From positions 62,001-126,000 of the forward strand of contig NW_005434588.1 of assembly GCF_000315625.1 (NCBI RefSeq): a DNA stretch of 64,000 nt. The letters run 5' to 3'. This stretch comes from Guillardia theta CCMP2712 (Eukaryota > Protista > Cryptophyta). The position numbers and the translations under genes were made by a program. Numbering within the stretch: position 1 is the stretch's first letter; each line of letters starts with the position of its first letter. Shown here piece by piece: positions 1-10,600 of this stretch. The notes below the pieces were generated by a model that was not told the DNA's origin, did not search any database, and saw nothing but the letters and a program-made list of their open reading frames with translations.

Positions 1-145
1 GCGAGGAGGATCCTGGAGGTGGGTGAGAGGAACAGGGTGACAGGAGAAGGAGGGTAAGGAGAAGCAGAGGGTTCAAGGCGAGTAAGATGAAGTGGAGGGA
101 GGCAAGAGGGTGAGGGTGGTGGAAGGCAGATGACGTGGCATGTAG

Positions 146-3100
146 CTTTGCGATCCAGTCTTCCACGCTATCGACATCATGCTGCCTTCGCTCATTTCTT
201 CTGGAAAGCTTGAGGCGTACGCCATGACGCCTCCTCCCTTCTACCAGGATGGGTTAGCACTTCTTCCACCGCCCTCCTCCGCCTCCTCCTCCTCCTCCTC
301 CTCCGCCCTCCTCCTCCTCCTCCTTCTCTCCCCCCTTTCCTCCTTGATTTCTTCTGTCATGTTTTCAAGACCTCCTCCCACTACTCTCTCCTCCCTGGCT
401 CTCTTCGTCACGCTTGTCCCGCAGGTCGCTGGGCTCGGACGTTTGGAGGAAACGAGACTTCAGGGCGTCGGTTCCAGTCGCCTGGCCGGTCTGTGCAGAG
501 CAGAGTGAGGCACTGCGAGGAGAGAGCAAGTTTGACAGCAGGTTAACGGTCGGTCAGCTCCTGGTACAGGAGGATGCGCAGTACCTTGTGAGCATGCTCG
601 AGATACTTCGCAGTCCTCTGCCCCACCAGGAGAGCATCGAGAGGAGCGTGAGATCAGGAGGAGGCCTCCTTGTCCTTAGCGACACTCTGGAGCGATGGGA
701 GGAGGAGGAGCTGCAAGGGCTGGCGGGCATCAAATATTTCTTGTGCTCGGACGAGAGCTGCGAGGAGGGAAAGGAGGTGGGGGTCACCTTGGTGATGCGA
801 GCGAGGAGGGTGGAGGGGTACATGTACCAGTTCGTTCGGGTCTTCCGACGGTCCATCCTCCTCCTCGAGGATGTAGCTCAAGTGCCCTGCCTGCGTGCCA
901 AGACCTGCAGGATGAGAATGACGAGGATCACTATCAACAACAAGAGAACCTCGGCCCTCCGAGACGTGGCCATCTCCACCGACCGCCCAATGCAGGTGCC
1001 GGTATGCTTCCTCCTCCTCAACGGCAGCAGCGAGATACTGAAGGAGCAAGCCGTCATCGAGCTCTCCTCTTCTCCTCGCTCCCTCCTCTCCTCCTCAGCT
1101 CAAGGAGCAGCTACCAGCAGGCGCTTGCTCTTGGAGGGATTGGTCAGGTTCCTCTATCCCCTCGTTCGCTTCTCTTTCATTGCTCTGTGCAACGGAACGT
1201 CAGTGCAGGACGGGGCATGTGCAGCAACAGCGTCCCGCTGTGTCGAGCAAGGGGAGCTGCTTCCCGAGCTCTGCTCTTCTCCCCACCTGGACCCGCAGAA
1301 GGCAGTTGCCGTCTCAAAGTGGTCAGCTCTTTCCCAGCTGATCAGCTCAAGGCCTCCCGTTTCCTTCTCAGCTCTGCTGGATGGGAAGCACATGAACAAC
1401 CTACACGTCAGTGTCGGTGCCCACAAGGTGAAGATCCTTGTGTACGAGGGAGGAGGGGCGATGGCCGCAGGCCTGTCGTTCCTTGCCCAGCAGGTGAAGT
1501 ACGTCTGCGTCCTCGACCCTCTCCGTGTCACCTCCTGCGACTTGGAAGTCAGTGTTGAGGACGGGCTGAATCACTACATCATCGAGCTCAACGATCACGA
1601 GGAGGAGGTGCTCTACAGCAGCGCTGGCGTTGTCTCTGCGCACCCGCACGCCCCGTCCCCTCCCATCCTCCTTCCCTCCTCCGTCAGTCAGGACGTCTGC
1701 GTCCACTTCCTCAGCCCGGCACATGACGATCTACTCCAGCTCTCGCCGGCCTCGTCTTGTGTCCCCGTCCTCCTGCAGATCGAGGAGGGCTGTCTCGCCT
1801 CGCATGCCCAGCCGCAGCTGTTCCTCCTGCAGAACTCCAAGAGGATCGTCGACTTTGAACTGCAGACGGGAGGAGGAGGCTGGCAGCTTTGGTTCCCCTG
1901 CGTCGCCCTGGAGGAAGGATACAACCTGCTCGAAGTTGTCTCCTCCTCTGACTTGACTGCTGGACCCATCGTCCTCCTTGCCGACCTCTCCCTGCATGTT
2001 AAGCTGACACAAGACCTGGGAGACGAGCTCAAGTCCAGCTGGAAGATGCCAACGTCTTCCTCGTCCAGCCCTGATGTCAGCTGGATCCTGCCAGCTGGGA
2101 AATTCTCTTCGTCTCCTCCAGAAGCGATAGAAGCCTCGCTGCGAGCCCTCTTGGAGGCGCTTGACAGGCACGAGCTCGATGCGGAGGTGATCGTGGTCGG
2201 CTACGGGGAGGAGAGGATGAAACTCTCCTCGCACCCCCGCGTCAGGTTGCTGCTGGTTGACTCTCGGCAGGTTGAGGAGGTCAACAGGAAGATCAACTTG
2301 CAGAAGGAGGGAGAGGGAGAGGGAGCAGCATGCGAGGAGGACGCGACCTGGGCCGACTGGAACCCTCAGGAGGAGAGGAGCTGCGACGATTGGTCGCTTG
2401 ATTTGTGCGTGCGCGAGTTTCTTTCTTTGGACCCTCACGGTCTCCGGCAGTGGATGTATGCTTGCCGCCACGAGCTGCGCTGTTCCTCCCTCCCCACCAC
2501 TGCCTGCTGCTCCTGCCGCTCCCTCCTCGACGCCTCGTGGCCCGCCATCCCTGGTCCCTCCATCGGCGCGGAGCATCTGGCGGTGGCTCTCAACCTCGGA
2601 GCAGCGCAGGCGAGAGGGAAATTTCTCCTCTTGCTACCAGGAGCGACGTTCTTCCCTCACGAGCTGTTTGAGAGCATGAGCACCGGTGCCTTCAGCTTGC
2701 GCTCCTTCTACCACGTCCCTTCCTCCAGGGCCCGGAGCCTCCTCGCCGACTCCTCCTACTCTCGTGAACTTGGGACAGGAAGCATCTGTCAGGTCGCAGC
2801 CGAAGCCTCTCCGCGCATCTCCTTCAAGTTCGTCGCCCTCCTGGCCCCCCGTCAAGCCTTCCAAGTGGTCGGAGGTCTCATCGAGGTGGAGAGGCGGAAC
2901 CCTCTGCGCTACCTCGCCCTGGCGCTCAGCAGCTGGGGTTACAAGTCGCATCGCCTTGAGGGCTGCGACGTCTACACAGTGGAAGGCGAAGGAGGGGAAG
3001 GAGGGTACGGGGAGGATGCGGTCGAGGACTACTTCTACAAGAGGAACGAGCAACGAGTCGTGGCTGGAGATCGAGAGTTCTTACGCGAGGAATCGAACAT

Positions 3101-3206
3101 CTTCTCTCGCTTCATACTCCAGCAACACCCCCCTCCTTCCCTCTACCCTCCTGTTGATCAGAACCCTCGTCAGCCCACCAGCCGTTACATCCGGGGGATC
3201 TGTTAA
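146..3206 (+). CDS. Large protein of unknown function with a possible GT-A/GT2-like glycosyltransferase C-terminal region; probably 5'-truncated by the window edge
   Basis: Long open frame 425-3206. A GT..AG intron 253-424 joins it in phase to an upstream exon 146-252 (LCDPVFHAIDIMLPS..YQDG). The C-terminal motifs 'AEVIVVG' and 'AVALNLGAAQARGKFLLLL' resemble GT2-family segments. Confidence 0.6.
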
Positions 3207-3479
3207 CGTCGTCTGCAATAAGCTCGCGACGCCGAATCCTCTTCCTCCTCCTCTTCCTCCTCCTCTTCCTCCTCCTCTTCCTCCTCCTCTTCCTCCTCCT
3301 CTTCCTCTATCCTCGTCTTTATCACCATCAGGAGCTCTTTCATCAAGCCTTCTCTTCTCATTAGTTAAGCTTTCGAACGACCAGTAAGTGAGACTCGAGA
3401 GTCTCTGCTGCTCAGAGAGATGAATAAAGGTTTATCTTGTCGAGTATTCTACAAGGTGAGAGCAAAGCGAGCTGCTACC

Positions 3480-4447
3480 TCAAGGGCTGCCGTTGGTTGG
3501 CTCGTACTTCCATGCCCATACTCCTGGAGTGTTCTTGTTCTGAATGCTGTTGATGATAGTCTGCACGCCCTTGCTGTACACGCTGATCTTAACGGGAGCC
3601 GACATGTTCGATCTCTCGTCTCCCCCCTTCTTACGCTGCGCCAGGTCGCTGTCGACATGTCAGGTTGAGGCTCCAAGGTCTTCATGTCTACCTGCACCAA
3701 ATCTCGTCCGAACATGTCGAGTTCTTCAACGCTACAAGCTTTCCAAACCTGAATTTTGAACTCGTTTAGGAGCTGGAGGCAAGGTGATGTCTGCAGGGAA
3801 GCGAAGAGAAAGAGGATCTAGGTGGTAGATCGTAGACATTGGTACCAGGGAACGAAGGAGGAGGATCAGGAGGAGAAGGTGGAGCAGGCGGAGGAGGAGG
3901 AGGTGGTAGTGGAGGAGGAGGAGCAGGCGGAGCAGGTGGCAAGGGTGGAGCAGGTTGGGGAGGACAAGGTGGAGCGGAGCAGGAGGAGCAGGAGGAGCAG
4001 GAGGAGAAGGCGGAGCAGGTGGCAAGGGTGGAGCGGGTGGAGCAGGTTGGGGAGGAGGAGAAGGTGGAACGGGTGGAGCAGGTTGGGGAGGAGGAGAAGG
4101 TGGAACGGGTGGAGCAGGTTGGGGAGGAGGAGAAGGTGGAGCGGGTGGAGCAGGTTGGGGAGGAGGAGAAGGTGGAGCGGAGCAGGAGGAGCAGGAGGAG
4201 CAGGTGGCGCAGGAGGCGCAGGAGGAGCATGTGGCGCAGGAGGAGCAGGAGGAGCAGGTGGCAAGGGTGGAGCGGGTGGAGCAGGTTGGGGAAGAGGAGG
4301 AGGAGCAGGAGGAGAAGCAGGAGGCGCAGGAGGAGGAGGAGCGGAGCAGCAGCAGTAGGAGGAGGAGGAGGAGCGGAGCAGGGAGGCAAGCAGACGGTCA
4401 CGAGCTTACATGGCGGCGGTCTGCTATTTCTGTCTTGGCGACCCTCA
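3480..4447 (-). CDS. Small putative 3-exon gene (~97 aa), unknown function, divergent from the Roco locus
   Basis: Reconstructed exons: MRVAKTEIADRRH | TSPCLQLLNEFKIQVWKACSVEELDMFGRDLVQ | RKKGGDERSNMSAPVKISVYSKGVQTIINSIQNKNTPGVWAWKYEPTNGSP*. Splice sites are GTAAGC/CAG and GTAGAC/CAG; the first intron is filled by the G-rich repeat at 3855-4385. Confidence 0.35.
3855..4385. repeat. G-rich minisatellite (36-bp unit AGGTGGA(A/G)CGGGTGGAGCAGGTTGGGGAGGAGGAGA, ~4 copies) embedded in (GGAGCA/GGA)n
   Basis: Tandem units visible at ~4025-4180, with partial copies at ~3940 and ~4265. Confidence 0.85.
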
Positions 4448-4654
4448 TCCCCCTACCTGTCAAAATCCACAAAACGAAAAAAAACCAGCTGAGCCTCGTC
4501 GGAGTTTCAGCGAGAGTGAACGAGATAGAGTTTGACGAGTCGAGCTCAAAGACAAGTTCGAAACAAGGAGGAGGAGCAGGAGGAGCAGGAGCAGGAGAAG
4601 GAGAAGGAGAAGGAGAAGGAAGAGTGAGGGGGCTCGAGTTCAAGCAGCAGATCC

Positions 4655-7600
4655 ATGACAGGAACAGCTACTGACGTGTGCGAGGCTGAACTCGACGCCT
4701 TGTTTCAGCATGTCAACTCTGCATACTGGAAGATGCCGTCAGTTGTGACTTGGAGCAGCAGGAGAACAGACAGGACGAAGAGACTGCGAGAGGCTTGGTG
4801 GGACGAGCTTCAGTTCCATGAGGGTTGGGCGGTCACACAAGGCCGTTGCGTTGCTCTGCCGCAAGAATGGAGCATTCAGTTCAAACTCCAAGTCCCCAGC
4901 TTGAATGGTGACATCTGTCAAATCGTCAGGTACCGACCATCTGCTGTAGAAACATCAAAACTTGAACGAGGCAACAAGGTGTTTGTGCTTGAGCCATCAA
5001 CATCGCTCAAAGAAAGTTCGAGTGACGACGTTCTGTGCAAGGAAGACAGGGACAAGAAGCGAGAAGGAGTGCTGGTTGACACATGCGGCGAGTTCAGTCT
5101 AGTAAAGATCGACGAGCAGAGACAGACATGGTACAGGACTACTTGTTTGCGTCAAACTATGAGGACAGTCAGGGGACTGGTAACTGACCACGTGCCGATC
5201 GAAGTGACAAGTACTAAACAATTTGTCAAGCCTTCACAAGCACATTTCTCTGATTCTTCTCATGACGTCGGACAGAAACTCTCTGAGAATTCAAAGCTGG
5301 TAGAGGTGGAATGGTCATCAAACATCAGAGGTTATCACAGGAAAGAAGATCTGGAGGCAGTAGAGGACGTGGAGCAGGAGATCGACTCATTGATATGTAT
5401 CCATCACGGTTTCTTGGGGTGTCGATTCAAAGGAAGGTTTTATCCGGCAGTTCCAGGAGTGAACTTGAACGATCTTGCTAGGGGGAACTATGACATTCAC
5501 GTTCGCAAGATGCAAGGCATGCTTCAGTTCATCGTTGATGACGTCATAGTCGGTATCTCCTTCTACCCAGGCCCTTGCGCTATCAGCTCATTCGGAAACG
5601 TGTATCGACTGCCATGCTTGCATTGCACACAAACACACATACAAGACGTGTGCGCTTTATGTGAATGCTGTAGCAGGGTGGGGGGAAGGAGATGCGGCAA
5701 CGCAGCTGCTCGTGACTCCAGCTGGAGTTTCTGTCATGTTCGTCTTGCCAGGCAGGCCTGCAGGTTGAAGGACATCAGGGGAGCAGAGAAGCAGCTGGGC
5801 CCTCTAGAGCTAGCACATGCCATCTATCAAACGATAAGCCAAGCTCACCCTATCGCCTTAAGTGACTTACAAGCTGAGTTGCTCGAGGACAGCAGGGCTT
5901 TTGCTGGATGCCTGCTTCAGCTACTGAAGCATCAGCCGCACGTGCTCGAGATTTTGATGGAAACAGCTCCAGAGCTTTTGCAGGGGATGGACGTAAGCAA
6001 AGAGATGAACTTCTACGGTGTCAAGGGGAGCATTGGAGCTCATTTCCTGCTGGTATCTCTGCAGTGCCGTCAGAAAAGTTTTGACACGTTGTCACGTTGT
6101 TTGGTGTGTCGGGTCGATTGGAGCGAACAGGTCAAGAGCTGTCAGAGATCAGAGGAACTTGCGACGATGATGATCCGCAATGTGTTGAAGTCGACGCCAC
6201 TACTGAACGGAGAGCAAGGGGACGTGACGTCTGAGTTCGAGTCAATGGTGGAAGAAACGATCCCATCCAGCTGGAGGGAGGGAGTCGAGTACTCCTTCGA
6301 CGCTCTAGCGATATTCTCTCATGGCGAGCTCTGCCTTGTAAGACGTTCCGACGGTTCGATTCGATTCGCAAGGGTGAGCAACGTGAGAAGTTCGATGTTG
6401 AAGGATTCTTCCTCTGCCAACTCCATCAGGTACGACTTGGACGTCAGCAAGGACGGGAAAGTCTCCAGAGACAACCAGAAACCGGGGGAACACATGGCAA
6501 AGATCCTGGCAAACCGTTCAAAGAATCACGTCACAGTGAGTGATGTAATAGCGCTGCTGCAATCAAACTCAGTCAAGATGTCTTGTGATGATTCTTTCAC
6601 CCTCGTTGAACTGCTGATGGAAGTTGAAGTTGCTGCCAGTGATGCAGTCATACCGATGCTCGAGCTGCTGCACGATATCAAGCTGAGCTCACCTCTGCTT
6701 ACATGGATCGTGTGTAGACTACTGGAGGAGGAAGAGACAAGCGCCAAATTCGGGTCTCTGAATCGCATGCTTTGCTCTATCACAAAGTTGCGATTCTCCA
6801 CTAGAAGGGAAGAGATCGTACAGCAAATCTTATCCGAGGGATTTCTCAAGAGGTTCACTATCAACATGGCTGACGCTTATCCTAAGCAGAAGGAATCTTT
6901 CTACAAGGAGAGCTGTGGTGAAGTCTTGACGCACAAGCTCATTCAGTCCTGCAGGTCATACTTGTATGACGGTTCTTCTCTTCTCCTTCCCCAGGGTGTT
7001 CAGTGGATGATGTTCCGCTGCAACCTGACCCTGTCAAGCAGAGTCAGTCACGTGCTAGTCAAAATCCTCCGCCCTTCTCCTGACTCCTCCCGTCTCAAAC
7101 GAAAGTCCTCCCCGTGGTTTCACCTCGCTTGGACCCCTCCCCGCTTCCTCCCCGCCCTCTCTCCTCGCCGATGCAGACGCCGCATGTACGAGCACGGCTT
7201 CGCCTACTGCCCCAGCAAGGGCGTCAAGTACAGCAGCGGCGGCAAGACCCCCTACGCGCAGAGGAGGCTCAAGCCCGGGGACGTGATCGCATGCTCGCTG
7301 GACTGCGAGAGGCGAGAGATCCGCTACTTGGTCAACGGGGAGGACCTGGGGGTAGCGTTCGGGGAGGAGGAGGTGACGGAGGAGGCGGTGGGGGAGGGGC
7401 TGAGGTTTACGGTGACGCTGGGGCCGGGGCAGGGGGTTGAGTTCGTGAGTACGGAGGAGGAGGAGGAGGACAAGAAGAGCAAAGGTGAAAGCTTGTTGGA
7501 GGTTTTTCAGTACGAGAGATCGATGAAGTCTTGGATACGAGTACCTCGTTCCTCTCAGCTCCTGCAGTCGTTGATCTTTGCTGCCCCTCAGCTGGACTTG

Positions 7601-10600
7601 TGCTCGCCTTGTGTAATACATCAGCCTGTGGAGGACATGCTTTCCTTTTTGTCCCTCGAAGGCCTGCAGCTTCATCTGCGAGCTAGCGGGAGAAGACTTG
7701 AGTGCCGGATAGAAGGCAAGACGGCAGTGGTTGTCAACGTCATACGACTTAAGGAACTTGCAACGTACGATGAGATTGAGCTCAACAACAGGTTCCGCTT
7801 CAAAGTGATGAAGGTCAAACATGAGATGAAAGTCATCCTGAAAGATTTCTGCCAGGCTCTAGATGTACCTTTGACACTTGACTGCCAGAGCTCCCAGCTA
7901 GACCGATGGAAAGCACTAGAGGTGTTGAAGTGCTTGAATGAGATTGAGTTTCTGTTTCAAGATCAAATCTTTCATCTCGTTGACGTTATCGTCTTTCTCT
8001 TGCTACAGCAGCAGCTCACGCTGACACAGATGGAGCAGATAGTGACTGAGATGTACGAGAGCTACAAGGACAGTCAAGGTTTCATTCCATGTAAAGTTGT
8101 GTGCGACCTGATCAAGACGCAAGGCAAGAACAAGTTCACAGCCGACAAGCTGCTCGTTGAAATGCTTTCTTTATCTTATGGCTCAGATATCAGATTAGAG
8201 ATGTCCAAGTGGAAGACGTTGAGAGAAGAAATGATTCAAGCTTTTGATGTTGACATATCAAATCCGACACAAATACTTCAAAGGATGCTGCAACCCAATC
8301 TCGACCTGACGAGTACCTGTTTGCTGAAATGCGATCGAGACATGTTTGACAGCATTGGAATGAAGCTTCTTCATCATCTCGCTACCCCAAACATCATCTA
8401 CAGCTTCGATGGCGACAGGCTGTGGCATTCTGTTTCAAACGCATATCCCTGCGTTACATATCGGGCAGGAAAGCACAGGAAGAGAGGGTTTGCCTTGTAT
8501 GCTGTCAAGGTGCTCCGAGAGACATCTGACGTCGGCAGTCGATACGATCCCTGGCTCCACCTCGCCTGGACGACACCAGCATATCACCCCAACACTCACC
8601 TGAGATGCAGACGCCGCATGTACGAGCACGGCTTCGCCTACTGCCCCAGCAAGGGCGTCAAGTACAGCAGCGGCGGCAAGACCCCCTACGCGCAGAGGAG
8701 GCTCAAGCCCGGGGACGTGATCGCATGCTCGCTGGACTGCGAGAGGCGAGAGATCCGCTACTTGGTCAACGGGGAGGACCTGGGGGTAGCGTTCGGGGAG
8801 GAGGAGGTGACGGAGGAGGCGGTGGGGGAGGGGCTGAGGTTTACGGTGACGCTGGGGCCGGGACAGGGGATCGAGTTTGTAGGAGGAAAGGAAGAAGGGA
8901 GAGAGGAGGAGGCGAGTGAGGGAGAGATCTTTCATCGCGATACCAACGAGTGGAGGAGAGTCATCAGCAAGGTAGACGACCTTAAGTTGCTCCGAGTCGC
9001 TCGGTCAGTCCTGCGATCTTTACAAGGGTCCTTGGACGTCGTAGTCTTGCAGGATGATTTCCGAGCTGGAGACTTGGTGGCAGTGAGAAACGAGATTCTG
9101 GATCCCCGATACGGGATGAGACTGCAGACAAGTTTGACATCAACGATAGGGAGAGTGAAGTCAGTTATGGGAGATGAACGAGAACAGATGAAAGGTACTA
9201 GTGACGTTCAAGTCTCAATCCTTGGCAGAGACTTCAAGTTTATCGCTCGTGAGTTGTACAGAGTGGATGCTGATGCTCGTCGAACAAGAGTGGAGAAAAG
9301 ACAGATGCTAATTCAAATGATAAACAGAAGAATCTTTGAGAGGAGAGGCGACTTGACGTTCATTGCACGTGTTGTCGAAGCTTTCTCTGACGTCGTCAGA
9401 GACAAACCTGAGATGTCTTCGATCATAGAGGCATGTTCGTGCGCTCTTGGGCAATCGGTGAGCAATCTTGATCAGTTGAATGTGCTTGCTCGCTTTCCAA
9501 TGGAGTGGAAATACCTTTCGTTATTACAGACGCTCAAGGTTGTAATGCGAACCGCATGGGCTGAGGGTCAACTAGAAAACTTGAAGAAGGCTCATCTCAA
9601 TCTCAGATGTATTTTAGAGGACGCAAAGATTTCTCAGCTCAACAATGTATCGCACATGATTGAAACATGCTTGCTGCCTTGCTTGGATTTACTTCCTTGC
9701 TGCCTAACATCGATGGGATCAAAGTTCAGCATCCATACTGAAGTAATGCTCGAGCTTGTAAGAATTGTGAACGAATTGATCCAGAAACATAATCCGCAAC
9801 ATAATGTTGCGATGTCAATGGGAAACTTAAGTTCTCTTGTTAAAATTCATCACCGATATCAAGAATTTGATAGCAACAAAAAAATGATAATTGAACAAAC
9901 TTGGGCAGACATCTTGCACAGTGCTGACTTGATAGTAAAACTCAGTGGTCCTGAGATATATCAAGGTACGCGGACACATGTGTCAGAGGATCTCTACAAA
10001 GTTGCGCTACAGATTGAAGACATGGCAGTTAGATCGATGATTCTTCTTATGCTCTACAAACATTGCTCTAACTTGAAGAGCAAGATTGTTGCTGAAGCAT
10101 TCTTCACGAGTCAATCAAGCTTGACTGATAACAGTGAGAGCAAACTACTTTTGCGACACTTGGCTGAGGACAGTACAAACTACCAGCAGGCAGACTTCTC
10201 CACGTTGACAGACGCAATCAAGCTGGCGATCAGAGCTGGGGTGGAGTTAAGTTCGCCATGGCAGATGTCAGGTGATGGAGAGGAGGCATCGACGGTAAGG
10301 CTGTCAATCTTGAGACTCGTTCTTGAGCAACAAGTCCCCGTGCTGAAGCAAACAAACAAGTTGAGAAACAGATCTCAAGACAACAACCTCATCATTCAGC
10401 CTGCTCCTGTGCTCTCCTCCGGTCGACATACCTTCCTCCTCAAGCTCCTCTCCCCCCTGCCCGCCTCCTCCCCCTCCCGTCTCTCCCCGTGGCTTCACCT
10501 CGCCTGGACCCCTCCCCGCTTCCTCCCCGCCCTCTCTCCTCGCCGATGCAGACGCCGCATGTACGAGCACGGCTTCGCCTACTGCCCCAGCAAGGGCGTC

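Noticed and set aside
3480-3610. 'SAPVKISVY' as a cryptophyte phycoerythrin alpha subunit
   Set aside because: Lacks the FDxRGC chromophore motif and a plastid leader.
3732-4674. Gly-, Arg- or Pro-rich ORFs in several frames
   Set aside because: Products of the G-rich minisatellite, which lacks stops.
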